From positions 416,001 to 480,000 of the forward strand of contig CAXXWQ010000004.1 in assembly GCA_963674945.2 (NCBI GenBank): a stretch of 64,000 nt of DNA, read 5' to 3'. The stretch's first letter is position 1; each line of letters starts with the position of its first letter. A program made the translations under genes and the position numbers. The notes beneath the pieces were generated by a model that had not been told where the DNA came from, searched no databases, and was given only the letters and a program-made list of their open reading frames with translations. Positions 1 to 9,831 of the stretch are shown piece by piece. Source of the DNA: an uncultured Desulfosarcina sp. GTDB lineage: Bacteria; Desulfobacterota; Desulfobacteria; Desulfobacterales; Desulfosarcinaceae.

Positions 1-726
1 ATCGAACACCACGATATTCAGATCAGGCCGAAAAAATGGCGTATCGTTGTTTCCGCCATCCCAGACGATGACATCGGCCTCTTTTTCCGCTGCTTCCAAG
101 ATCAATCCGTAGTCGATGCCGGCGTAGACCACCGCTCCCATGTCGATGACCGGCTCGTACTCCTCACGCTCTTCTATGGTACACTGGTGCCGTGTGAGAT
201 CCGCTTTGGAACTGAACCGCTGCACCACCTGCCGGGTAAGATCACCGTATGGCATGGGATGCCGGACCGAAACCACCTGCTTCCCCATCTTTTGCAGAAT
301 CTCGATGATTTTGCGGCTGGTCTGGGACTTTCCACAGCCGGTACGAACGGCACAGACGGATATCACCGTCTTCTTGGAGGTGAGCATCGTATACGGGGCG
401 CCGATAATAATGAAATCGGCACCGGCGGCGGTGGTCAAAGATGCCTTGTGCATCACCTCTTCATGGGAGACGTCGCTGTAGGAAAAAGCCACCAGATCCA
501 CCTGGTGCTCGCGGATCAACGACACCAGCCGACGATCCGAATAGATTGGAATCCCGTCGGGATATCGGCTCCCGGACAACTGCGGGGGGTAGATACGACC
601 GTCGATATCGGGAATCTGGGTGGCGGTGAATCCCACCACCCGATACCGTTCGTTGTCTCGAAAGTAGACGTTGAAGTTGTGAAAATCCCTGCCGGCGGCC
701 CCCATGATGATCACTTTTTCCTTCAT
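1..726 (-). CDS. COG2403 P-loop protein (cyclic 2,3-diphosphoglycerate synthetase / arginine synthetase-like); 3' end runs off the window
   Basis: Read manually on the minus strand: ATG at 726 after AAGGAGGGG; MKEKVIIMGAAGRDFHNFNVYF...AVRTGCGKSQT...RHPMPYG...EEREEYEP...WDGGNND. Missing from the ORF track because it has no stop in the window. Confidence 0.85.
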   Translation of the reverse strand, partial: MKEKVIIMGAAGRDFHNFNVYFRDNERYRVVGFTATQIPDIDGRIYPPQLSGSRYPDGIPIYSDRRLVSLIREHQVDLVAFSYSDVSHEEVMHKASLTTAAGADFIIIGAPYTMLTSKKTVISVCAVRTGCGKSQTSRKIIEILQKMGKQVVSVRHPMPYGDLTRQVVQRFSSKADLTRHQCTIEEREEYEPVIDMGAVVYAGIDYGLILEAAEKEADVIVWDGGNNDTPFFRPDLNIVVFD

Positions 727-841
727 ACGGTCCCCTCCTTTGGTTTGAAGAAAATAAGTATATCATCATAAAAACCGATTTTCCATTTCCACAAATCACC
801 GCGGCGAACTTTTCTTTGACTTGGCCATTTCCGGATGGATA

Positions 842-1918
842 CTAAGCTGTGGCCAATTCGAATCCGTCCTCCAGCAACCCCATCAGATCGCTGACCGACA
901 TGATCTTGTCCACGCGAAAGGCATTGGCCCCTGCAAAGGCGAAACCGTTTTTCAATTTTCCCCGTCTGGCCGAAGCCAGGGCCAGACCGATGCAATACGG
1001 GCTGTTTTCCGGATCACAGGTCTTGAGGCAGTGATAGGGGCAACGAAAGGGACGTTTGGCCCCTTTTGCCACATCGGCCAGAAACTGATTCTTCAATGCC
1101 CTTCCGGGAAGTCCCACCGGACTCTGGATCACGGTCAGGTCTTCTGCCTGGGCATCGACATATGCCTGTTTAAAGATCGGATCCGCATCACACTCGTGGG
1201 TGGCGACGAATCGGGTACCCATCTGAACGCCGCTGGCACCCAATTCCAAAAAACGCTTTATATCCTCACCGTCATATACGCCTCCGGCAGCGATGACGGG
1301 AATAGAGACCCCATGCTCGGATTCGACGGATTTCATCTGCTGTACCACATCACGGACCAGGTTTTCCAGGCAGAAGACCGGATCATCCAGTTGACTCGCC
1401 TTGAAACCCAAATGGCCGCCCGCCTTGGGACCTTCCACGACGAAAGCGTCCGGCAGGTACCCGTAGCGCTGATGCCATCTCTTGCAGATCACGGCGGCGG
1501 CCCGGCCGGACGATACGATGGGAACGAGTCGGGTCATGTCTCCTTTCTTCAGGAAACCGGGCAGGTCCAAGGGAAGACCGGCACCGGCAAAAATGATGTC
1601 GATCTTCTCGGCGATGGCGGTTTTTACCAGATCGGCGAAATGGGTAAGCGCCACCATGATATTTACCCCCAGGATACCGTCGGTCCTGGACTTTGCCGTT
1701 CGAATCTCTCTGGAAAGGGAGCGGCAATTGGCTTCCCGGCAGTTGGTGGCGACATCCTTTTCGGTGATGCCGACCATGGCACTGGCGATGACACCGATGC
1801 CTCCGGCGTTGGCCACGGCCGAAGCCAGGCCCGACATGGAGATTCCCACCCCCATCCCCCCTTGGATGATGGGCAGACGGCTGATCAGATGGCCGATCTT
1901 CAATTCAGGTAGTTTCAT
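842..1918 (-). CDS. Nitronate monooxygenase / FabK-like flavoprotein
   Basis: PIIQGGMGVGIS, VVEGPKAGGHLG, IAAGG, GVQMGTRF and SPVGLPGRA motifs; C-terminal CPYHCLKTC Cys cluster. Confidence 0.9.
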   Translation of the reverse strand: MKLPELKIGHLISRLPIIQGGMGVGISMSGLASAVANAGGIGVIASAMVGITEKDVATNCREANCRSLSREIRTAKSRTDGILGVNIMVALTHFADLVKTAIAEKIDIIFAGAGLPLDLPGFLKKGDMTRLVPIVSSGRAAAVICKRWHQRYGYLPDAFVVEGPKAGGHLGFKASQLDDPVFCLENLVRDVVQQMKSVESEHGVSIPVIAAGGVYDGEDIKRFLELGASGVQMGTRFVATHECDADPIFKQAYVDAQAEDLTVIQSPVGLPGRALKNQFLADVAKGAKRPFRCPYHCLKTCDPENSPYCIGLALASARRGKLKNGFAFAGANAFRVDKIMSVSDLMGLLEDGFELATA

Positions 1919-2068
1919 TATTGCACCGTTGAGAAAGAGTAAAAAAACGATTTATCGTATTGTGATAATCGGCATGCGAAACTGTTTCCTTAGCTTGGAC
2001 TTTGCATTTTAGGCAAGACAGAAGGGATGCGTGACAAAAGTTTTACACGATTCGTTCAAATGGCCCGA

Positions 2069-2944
2069 TCACGACTGCGGGGAAACATCCACCATGACGG
2101 AGAGGGTGTGCATACCACCGCCCATGACCACCCCTTTTACCGGGGTGACGTCACCGTAATCTCGGCCCCACGCCAGCGTAATGTGCCGATTCCCGGGAAT
2201 CAGGTTGTTGGTGGGGTCCAGATCCACCCATCCCTGATCCGGGACATAGAGGGAGAGCCAGGCGTGGGAGGCATCGGCGCCCACGAGCTTGGGTTTGCCC
2301 TGGGGCGGCAGGGTCTCCAGGTAGCCACTCACATACCGGGCTGCAAGGCCGATGCTCCGCAGACAACCGATGGCCAGATGAGCAAAATCCTGGCACACGC
2401 CCTTGCGGCTTTCAAGCACCTGCGCGATGCGCGTGTCGATGGTGGTGGCATTCTTGTCATAGGTGAATTCGGAAAAAATTCGTCCCATGAGGTCCAGCGC
2501 ACCTTCCATGATCGACCGGCCCGGAGGAAAGGAAGGCCGTGTGTAGTCGTTGACAGTTCCATCCAAGTCGATCATGGGACTTTCGAAAACGAACTGGTAA
2601 GCGTCGAGGTCGGCCGGACGACTGTGGGTCGCCAATTGTTCGGCGACCTCTTCCCAGGAAGGCGACGAAAGGACATCAACCTGCCCTTCCCCAGGGGTTT
2701 CCACATGGCTTTCGGCGATCATGGTCAGTTCGTCGTGGGGGTGCTGTATCATGAACATCTGTACCGTGTTTCCGAAGAAATCGGTCCTGCAGTTCTCATA
2801 CTGTGGCTCGGGCGAGATGGCCAGATGATGGCGGGTGACCCGCTGGGTATCGGTCGTTCTGGGGGACAGGATCAGCTCGTTCTGGGAGAGAGAGGCCGGT
2901 TCCGAATAGCGGTATACCGTTTTGTGAATAATCCGGTACTTCAT
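2069..2944 (-). CDS. Transglutaminase-like protein with Bact_transglu_N domain
   Basis: Start at MKYRIIHKTVYRY, with ATGA overlap on the upstream stop; catalytic triad motifs GVCQDFAH, ASHAW, DLDPTN. Confidence 0.92.
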   Translation of the reverse strand: MKYRIIHKTVYRYSEPASLSQNELILSPRTTDTQRVTRHHLAISPEPQYENCRTDFFGNTVQMFMIQHPHDELTMIAESHVETPGEGQVDVLSSPSWEEVAEQLATHSRPADLDAYQFVFESPMIDLDGTVNDYTRPSFPPGRSIMEGALDLMGRIFSEFTYDKNATTIDTRIAQVLESRKGVCQDFAHLAIGCLRSIGLAARYVSGYLETLPPQGKPKLVGADASHAWLSLYVPDQGWVDLDPTNNLIPGNRHITLAWGRDYGDVTPVKGVVMGGGMHTLSVMVDVSPQS

Positions 2945-5445
2945 GGTGCACCGCCACCTTGAATCGTCGAAAAATGCGGCGTCGTCGGAACCCGGGTAAG
3001 GTAATGCGCCGATACATGCCGGGAGAATCGGGCCAACCGTTTCTCCATGGTTTCGAAAAAGTCGAGCAAAACGGCCCGGCCTTCGCTCTCCGCCTTGCAT
3101 GTCAATTCACGCAAATCCAACAGACGAACGGCGGTGAGCATCTCGAGGGAGAGGCGCTCTTCGGCGGTGGCAAATCTCCGTTCTTCCTGCCGGGGCAGCT
3201 TCTCCACGTGTGCGGCGATGCGATGACACTGAAAGGCGAGGGACTTGGGATTGCTTTCATCCGCCACCAGAAGGTCCATGACCGGGGCAAGCTGAAAGGC
3301 CGTCCGGTAGCGGCTTCGGTAGGTCATGATGCTGTCGGACACCTCCAGCAAGGCCTCTAATGCGCTTCTGGACTGGTCACAGACCCGTGGCAAACCGAAT
3401 CGAAGCAGTTGGATCTGATGGATGGCCCGTTCCACCCGACGCCCCATGTCCATAAACCGCCAACCCAACCCCCGGGTCATACTTTCCATGGCAAGACCGG
3501 AAAAGGCGCTCAATGTAAACAGGGTTTCGTCGAGAAGATCCAATGGATCATTGTCTTCCCTTTCCGCAAACCGGTCCAACCGGTTGACGACCCGCCAACA
3601 GTCCAGTGAGAGGCGATCGCGAACGTTGCGTGCCGCCTCTCGGACCCTTTCGAGTACGGCCGCCACGGTTTCGGTTCGATCCAATGCAAAAAGGGCTTCC
3701 TTCAATTGACCAGACAGGGTACGGAAACGAGGAATCTCAGCGCTATCCTCGGGCATGGTGGAAACAACCCCTTCCGAACGAAGCAGGTTCAGCAGAAATG
3801 GCAATTCGGGAATGTCGATCAGGCGCATCTCACCGGAAAGACGGCGGTAAACACAACGCAAAAGGCGGATCATCCCCTCCGCCCGCTCGAGGTAGCGTCC
3901 CATCCACAACAGGTGGTCAGCCACCCGGCTGGGCAGATCGCTGCCACGCTTGAACCCATCCACGGCCTGAAGGCTGCCCATGAGGCTGAACGGAACCACA
4001 GGCCCATCGGAAAAAACCCATATGTCCTTGCTCTGCTGCAATTCCGGTGCACCGTACAGCAGTGTGGAAACGTCTGCCGCGGTGATGGCCAGACCACCGG
4101 GCATGACGGCGTATCCGTCTTCGATGGCACAGGCAAATACACGCAAGACGGTATATCGGGATTCGACGCGGCCGGACCGCCAGGCCGGAACCACCGACGG
4201 CGCCACCGGTTCAAGCCCCATGAATCCGTGGGGTGCTGCCAAGATTGCTTCCGCCATATTCTCGGAGTTTGGCGTCGCAGACCATCCCATGGCTCCTTGC
4301 ACCGTTAACCGGTCGAGATTGGCCAGCACATGATCGCAATCCGGCTTCGTGCCGCACCACCAACGCGGATGGTTTTCCATGAGCAGATCGCTGTCCAGGA
4401 AATGCCGGCAGAGCCGGGGAAGAAAGACCGACAACACCGGCGTGTCCACCCATCCGCTGCCCACGGGATTGACCATATCCACCCGCCCTTCCCGGCAGGC
4501 CTGAAGGAGGCCGGCCACACCGCCACCGGTCTCCCTGCGTATGGCGAAGGGATCGCTTCCATCGTCCGGAATATGGCGGAAGATCGCCTCCACCGGTTCC
4601 AGACCGGCCAGTTTTTTCAAGAAGACCTTGCCGTTTCGCACCGTGAGGTCCTGCCCTTCCACCAGGGGATACCCCAGATACCGGGAGAGCAGCGCGTGTT
4701 CAAAATAGATACGACTTTCCGGCCCGGGGCTGAGCAGGACGATGCTCGGATCGTCTCTTCCCGGTTCGGACCTTCGGGCGATGTTCTGATGAAAAGCATG
4801 AAAAAAAGGGGCGAGTCTTCGAATCTGGGTCTGGTGATACAGTTCGGAAAAAACCCTGGAGATGACGATACGGTTTTCCAGGACGTACCCGAGGCCGGCC
4901 GGATTGTTTCCATAATCGCGCAGGACGGAAAATCTGCCGTCGACGCCGCGGTACAGGTCGGCGGCGTAGTAGGTCAGATACCTCTTCCCAACAGGGACGA
5001 TGCCATGGCAGGCGCGCAAGAAATTGGGATTGGCATAGATCAGCTCCGGAGGCAGATGCCCCTTTTGAATCAGATTCTGGGGACCGTACACGTCGGCAAG
5101 GATTCGATCGAGCAGACCGGCCCGCTGGATCAGCGCCGTCTCGATTGTCGACCATTCGGCGGCGGTGATGGGCAGGGGCAGCATATCCAGTGCCCAAGGC
5201 GTTCCCCGACCGCCGGCGTCGTCGAAGGGATTGAAGGTGGCGCCATCCTCGTGGCGCATACGTCGGACCCTTTCCTGGCGCCCATCGAGAAGAGCCGATG
5301 TGGTAGAACCAAATGCGGTTGCCAATGGGAGCCAATGGGAACGCGGGCCTTGGCCTCCGAAGGCCTCGTTAAAGGCGTGATCGGGGAAAAAGCCGGCTTC
5401 AAACTGGATCGGTACCCCATTGGCGGCACTATCGGTCATCCCCAC
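2941..5445 (-). CDS. Circularly permuted type 2 ATP-grasp fused to an alpha-E (DUF403) domain
   Basis: YFEHALLSRYLGYPLVEGQDL, VMPGGL, SKDIWV, then SRVADHLLWMGRYLERAE and GRRVERA alpha-E ER motifs. Start may be ATG 5439. Confidence 0.9.
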   Translation of the reverse strand: MGMTDSAANGVPIQFEAGFFPDHAFNEAFGGQGPRSHWLPLATAFGSTTSALLDGRQERVRRMRHEDGATFNPFDDAGGRGTPWALDMLPLPITAAEWSTIETALIQRAGLLDRILADVYGPQNLIQKGHLPPELIYANPNFLRACHGIVPVGKRYLTYYAADLYRGVDGRFSVLRDYGNNPAGLGYVLENRIVISRVFSELYHQTQIRRLAPFFHAFHQNIARRSEPGRDDPSIVLLSPGPESRIYFEHALLSRYLGYPLVEGQDLTVRNGKVFLKKLAGLEPVEAIFRHIPDDGSDPFAIRRETGGGVAGLLQACREGRVDMVNPVGSGWVDTPVLSVFLPRLCRHFLDSDLLMENHPRWWCGTKPDCDHVLANLDRLTVQGAMGWSATPNSENMAEAILAAPHGFMGLEPVAPSVVPAWRSGRVESRYTVLRVFACAIEDGYAVMPGGLAITAADVSTLLYGAPELQQSKDIWVFSDGPVVPFSLMGSLQAVDGFKRGSDLPSRVADHLLWMGRYLERAEGMIRLLRCVYRRLSGEMRLIDIPELPFLLNLLRSEGVVSTMPEDSAEIPRFRTLSGQLKEALFALDRTETVAAVLERVREAARNVRDRLSLDCWRVVNRLDRFAEREDNDPLDLLDETLFTLSAFSGLAMESMTRGLGWRFMDMGRRVERAIHQIQLLRFGLPRVCDQSRSALEALLEVSDSIMTYRSRYRTAFQLAPVMDLLVADESNPKSLAFQCHRIAAHVEKLPRQEERRFATAEERLSLEMLTAVRLLDLRELTCKAESEGRAVLLDFFETMEKRLARFSRHVSAHYLTRVPTTPHFSTIQGGGAP

Positions 5446-5490
5446 ATCCCTTTGCTCATGGTACGTGTCGAGAAGCGGATCGTACCCCGA

Positions 5491-8400
5491 TCATCGCCGC
5501 AAATCAAGGGTATAGGGAAAGTCGGCGTTGATTTCCAGGGCCGGAATACCGCCGATCTCACCGGGTGTATGGCCACCGGGAACGAATCGGGCGTGGCGCC
5601 TTCCTTCCGCCTCCCAGCCGTTCACCGGAAACGTTTCGTAGTTACGTCCGCCCGGGTGTCCTACGTGGTAGGTGCAACCGCCCACGGCCCGTCTGGACCA
5701 GCGGTCGTATATGTCCATCACCAACGGCGTATGCACACCGATGGTGGGGTGGAGGCAGGAATGTGGCTGCCAGGCACGGTATCGGACACCGGCCACATAT
5801 GTACCATCGACGTCGGTGGGCTGCAGGGGAACCCTTCTTTTGTTGCACAAAACGATGTATCTGCCTTCGGTCATGCCCGATACCTTCACCTGGAGCCGTT
5901 CCACCGAGGAGTCCACGTATCGTGCCGTTCCCCCCGAACTGGGTTCCTCGCCCAGTACGTGCCAGGGTTCCAGCGCATGGCGAAGCTCCATCTCCATCCC
6001 CCGGTAGGCGACCCGCCCGTAGATGGGAAAACGGAACTCGAAATGGGGGTGAAAGAAATCCAACGAAAGAGGGAAACCGGCCTTGTTAAGAACTTCAAGT
6101 ACATCTGCGAAATCCATGTGTACCATTTCCGGCAGCATGAACCGGTCATGCAGCCGAGTGCCCCACCGCACCAGTTTCTGCCGGTATGGGGTCTGCCAGA
6201 ACCAGGTCACGAAAACACGAAGGAGAAGTTGCTGTGCCAGACTCATGCGGGCATGGGGGGGCATTTCAAAGGCGCGTAGCTCAAGCAGCCCCAACCGGCC
6301 GGCACTGCTGTCCGGCGAATAGAGCTTGTCGATGCAAAACTCCGCCCGGTGGGTATTTCCCGTCACATCCACCAGCAGATGACGAAACAACCGGTCCACC
6401 AGCCACGGCGGACACACCCGGTCCGGTCCCGTCTGCCGATCCAGCTCGGCGAAGGCGATCTCCAGTTCGTAGAGACTGTCATGGCGGGCTTCGTCGATAC
6501 GCGGCTGCTGGCTGGTGGGGCCGATGAAGAGTCCTGAAAAGAAAAAACTCAGGGATGGATGGTTGTTCCAGAAGGTGACGAGACTGCGCAGCAGGTCCGG
6601 CCGGCGAAGAAAGGGGCTGTCCGCCGGCGTTGCGCCACCGATGACGATGTGATTGCCGCCGCCAGTACCCGTATGGCGGCCGTCCAGCATGAACTTCTCC
6701 GTCCCCAGGCGGCATTGCCGGGCCGATTCGTACAGGTCCGTGGTGGATTCGACCATCTCTTGCCAACTGCCCATGGGCTGGATATTCACCTCCATCACCC
6801 CGGGATCCGGCGTGATCTTCAGGTATTTCAGTCGTGGATCGAAGGGCGGTGTATACCCTTCGATGATGACGGGAAGCCCCATTGCCGCAGCTGTGGCCTC
6901 GATGGCGGCAACCAGCTCCAGGTATCCGGTAAGGGTCATGATGGGCGGCATGAATACATGGAGACGTCCCTGTCTGGGTTGAACGCAAAGGGCCGTACGC
7001 ACGACCCAGGCGGCCGATTCACCCGCCACCGGTTTCGGCGCGGCAAAGGGTCCGGGTTGGGTACGCACCCCCTCTTGGATTTTTTCTCCTTCGGCGCCCA
7101 ATATGAATCGCTGCTCCCCATGAAGATCGGGCAATGGTCCGCGATCGGCCATGGGATCTAGGGGGTGATCAAAGGGAAAATCGGTTTCCGAAACCCACGG
7201 CAGTGATTCCAGGGGCAGTCGCAAACCGGCCGGACTGTCGCCGGGTAGCAGAAACATGTGTTCGCCCCGAAAAGGCCAGGGCCCGCTTTTCCAGGAACCG
7301 TATTGTAAGGGAAGAACATATCCGACCACCGCTCCCAGGCCTCTTTCGAAAGTGTCGGCCATGCGCCTTCGCGCCTCCGGGTCGGAGAGTTTCGGATCGG
7401 TTGGGCATACATTGACCGGAAGCCGCTGTTCCTTGTGCAGGTAGTAAAAAATATCTTCGTAACTCTCCCGGATGAAACGACGGTGCACATCCAACCGATC
7501 GGCCAGGTGCTCGATGAACCGTTTCGCCTCTCCTGCCCCGAACCCATACGCCACTGCGGTATCGGCGATCCACCGATCATCGTTCCAGACGGGTTTTCCA
7601 TCCTCGCGCCAGTAACACGAAAGCGCCCACCGCGGCAGGGATTCGCCCGGGTACCACTTTCCCTGTCCGTAATGCAAAAGCCCGCCCGGCGACCACCGCT
7701 TTCTCAGCCGTTTGATCAACGTTTCGGACAATTGCCGTTTTTCCTCCCCCAGAGCCTCGGTGTTCCATTGGGCGCCGTCCATGTCGTCGATGGAGACGAA
7801 GGTGGGTTCGCCCCCCATGGTCAGGCGTACGTCCGATTTTTCCAACATCCGGTCCACACGGTCCCCCAAATCCACGATGGCCTGCCATACCGAATCGGGA
7901 TAGGGTTTCGTGGAGCGGGGCTCCTCTCGAATGCGGCGCACTTGCATGGTGTGGGAGAAGTCCACCTTGCATTCGTCCACGGCACCGGTGATGGGAGCCG
8001 CTCGCTGGGGTTCCGGCGAACATGCAAGGGGGATGTGCCCCTCACCGGCAAATAGCCCGGAAGTGGGATCCATGCCCACCCATCCGGCACCGGGCAGGTA
8101 GACCTCGGTCCAGGCATGGAGATCGGTAAAATCCGTTTCGGGCCCCGAAGGGCCGTCCAGGGACTTGATGTCCGGGGCCAGTTGGATGAGGTATCCGGAG
8201 ACGAAGCGCGCGGCCAGCCCGAGATGGCGCAGGATGTTGACCAAGAGCCAGGCCGAGTCCCGGCAACTGCCGCTTTTCAACGAGAGTGTCTTCTCGCAAC
8301 TTTGCACGTTGGGTTCCATGCGGATGAGATACCGAATGTCGTCTTTCAACCGGCGGTTCAAATCCACCAGGAAATCGATGATGTGCTTTTTGCGACGGTC

Positions 8401-8802
8401 GATGCCAGCCATGCAGGCGGCCAGGTGTTCCCCCGCCGGTTCACACGCAAGGTAAGGGGCAAGGTCACCTTCCAGCTTCGGATTGTAGGTGAAAGGAAAG
8501 TTCTCGGCATCGGGTTCCAGGAAAAAGTCGAAGGGGTTGATGATGATCATTTCCGCCACGAGGTCCACGTCGACGATGAATGCGGTGGTCTTTTCCGGAA
8601 ACACCAACCGTCCCAGGTAATTGGAAAAGGGATCCTGCTGCCAATTGATGAAGTGGTCTTTGGGCGTCACCGTCAAGGAATAGCTCAATACGGGTGTTCG
8701 GCAGTGGGGTGCCGGTCTGAGCCGGACGATCTGGGGGGACAGGGACACGGGACGGTCGTACAGGTACGACGTCTTGTGGCGTAAGGCGACGTGGATTCCC
8801 AT
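5491..8802 (-). CDS. Transglutaminase fused to a DUF2126 amidoligase-like domain
   Basis: GSCRDSAW, DLHAW and GMDPT triad; C-terminal TMGGEPTF, TPDPGVMEVN, TGGGNH, HRAEFCIDK, ELRAFEMPP. Confidence 0.92.
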   Translation of the reverse strand: MGIHVALRHKTSYLYDRPVSLSPQIVRLRPAPHCRTPVLSYSLTVTPKDHFINWQQDPFSNYLGRLVFPEKTTAFIVDVDLVAEMIIINPFDFFLEPDAENFPFTYNPKLEGDLAPYLACEPAGEHLAACMAGIDRRKKHIIDFLVDLNRRLKDDIRYLIRMEPNVQSCEKTLSLKSGSCRDSAWLLVNILRHLGLAARFVSGYLIQLAPDIKSLDGPSGPETDFTDLHAWTEVYLPGAGWVGMDPTSGLFAGEGHIPLACSPEPQRAAPITGAVDECKVDFSHTMQVRRIREEPRSTKPYPDSVWQAIVDLGDRVDRMLEKSDVRLTMGGEPTFVSIDDMDGAQWNTEALGEEKRQLSETLIKRLRKRWSPGGLLHYGQGKWYPGESLPRWALSCYWREDGKPVWNDDRWIADTAVAYGFGAGEAKRFIEHLADRLDVHRRFIRESYEDIFYYLHKEQRLPVNVCPTDPKLSDPEARRRMADTFERGLGAVVGYVLPLQYGSWKSGPWPFRGEHMFLLPGDSPAGLRLPLESLPWVSETDFPFDHPLDPMADRGPLPDLHGEQRFILGAEGEKIQEGVRTQPGPFAAPKPVAGESAAWVVRTALCVQPRQGRLHVFMPPIMTLTGYLELVAAIEATAAAMGLPVIIEGYTPPFDPRLKYLKITPDPGVMEVNIQPMGSWQEMVESTTDLYESARQCRLGTEKFMLDGRHTGTGGGNHIVIGGATPADSPFLRRPDLLRSLVTFWNNHPSLSFFFSGLFIGPTSQQPRIDEARHDSLYELEIAFAELDRQTGPDRVCPPWLVDRLFRHLLVDVTGNTHRAEFCIDKLYSPDSSAGRLGLLELRAFEMPPHARMSLAQQLLLRVFVTWFWQTPYRQKLVRWGTRLHDRFMLPEMVHMDFADVLEVLNKAGFPLSLDFFHPHFEFRFPIYGRVAYRGMEMELRHALEPWHVLGEEPSSGGTARYVDSSVERLQVKVSGMTEGRYIVLCNKRRVPLQPTDVDGTYVAGVRYRAWQPHSCLHPTIGVHTPLVMDIYDRWSRRAVGGCTYHVGHPGGRNYETFPVNGWEAEGRRHARFVPGGHTPGEIGGIPALEINADFPYTLDLRR

Positions 8803-8811
8803 GGGTCTCCT

Positions 8812-9792
8812 TTATTGTTGGCTGGCGGTTGCCGCAAACGCCGGCGCGAGGTTGAAAAAGGTGGTGCCGATATCGGCATCGACCTGGTTGAGGCGGACCT
8901 GCAGATCGTCCAGGTACTCGTGCATGCCCCGTTCGATCACCTCGTCGATGTCCGTGTAGTCCAGATCGGCTTTCAGGCGCCCCAATCGCTTTTCGGCGGC
9001 GTTGGTCACCACATCGGGCGATGTGCCCGAGATGCGGTGCAGGCAGATCATGGCCTTGATGATGCAGTGGTGGATGGCGCGGGGGAACTGACGGTCGAAG
9101 ATCAGAAAGTCGGCCACGTTGCGGGGGGTAATCCGGTGATGCTGCTTTCGAAACATCTCAAAGGCGGATGCCGATTTGAGCACCGCCGTCCATTGGATGT
9201 TGTCCATGGGAGAATTGACCAGGTCGGCCCGCGGCAGAAGCATGAAATACTTGACATCCAGGATGCGTGATGTCTTGTCCGCCCGTTCGATCATCATACC
9301 GATACGGGCAAAATTCCACGCCTCTCCATGGCTCATGGTGCAGTCCATCAAGCCGGTGAAAAGGTGGCTGCGCATCTGAATGATCTTGAAAAACCGGTGT
9401 GGATCGGACAGGGCGAATTCCAGGCTGCCGCCATTGGCCAGTTCCAGGAAAAAATTATTGAGATGCTCCCACATCTCCGATGAGATGATCTCGCGGATGC
9501 TTCGCCCGTTCTCCCTTGCCGCAGCCAGGCAGGAGAGAATGGAGTTGGGATATTTTCGATCGAAGGTTAAAAACCGGATTACCGCATTCTGGTCGGTCAT
9601 ACATTCCGGACATCTTTCGGCGAACAGATCCTGATCCCCGGTGGTCATGATGATGGGATCCCAATGCCGCTCCTCTTCCGACGGCAGGTCCAGCAAAAGA
9701 TTCAGGTTGACATTGATGAAGCGGGCTACGTTCTCCGCCCGCTCGATGTAGCGGCACATCCAATAAATGGAATTTGCGACTCGGCTTAGCAT
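8812..9792 (-). CDS. Alpha-E domain protein (DUF403)
   Basis: MLSRVANSIYWMCRYIERAEN, ARENGRSIRE, IERADKTSRILDVK, FPRAI. Confidence 0.92.
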   Translation of the reverse strand: MLSRVANSIYWMCRYIERAENVARFINVNLNLLLDLPSEEERHWDPIIMTTGDQDLFAERCPECMTDQNAVIRFLTFDRKYPNSILSCLAAARENGRSIREIISSEMWEHLNNFFLELANGGSLEFALSDPHRFFKIIQMRSHLFTGLMDCTMSHGEAWNFARIGMMIERADKTSRILDVKYFMLLPRADLVNSPMDNIQWTAVLKSASAFEMFRKQHHRITPRNVADFLIFDRQFPRAIHHCIIKAMICLHRISGTSPDVVTNAAEKRLGRLKADLDYTDIDEVIERGMHEYLDDLQVRLNQVDADIGTTFFNLAPAFAATASQQ

Positions 9793-9831
9793 TCTATCTT
9801 CTCCTATGATCAAGACGGATTCGAAATGATG

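Noticed and set aside
4330..6279. 649-aa plus-strand ORF, and similar long antisense ORFs at 821..1912, 9865..11139, 21739..23022 and 55273..56586
   Set aside because: They are shadows of well-supported minus-strand genes in GC-rich DNA and carry no recognisable motifs.
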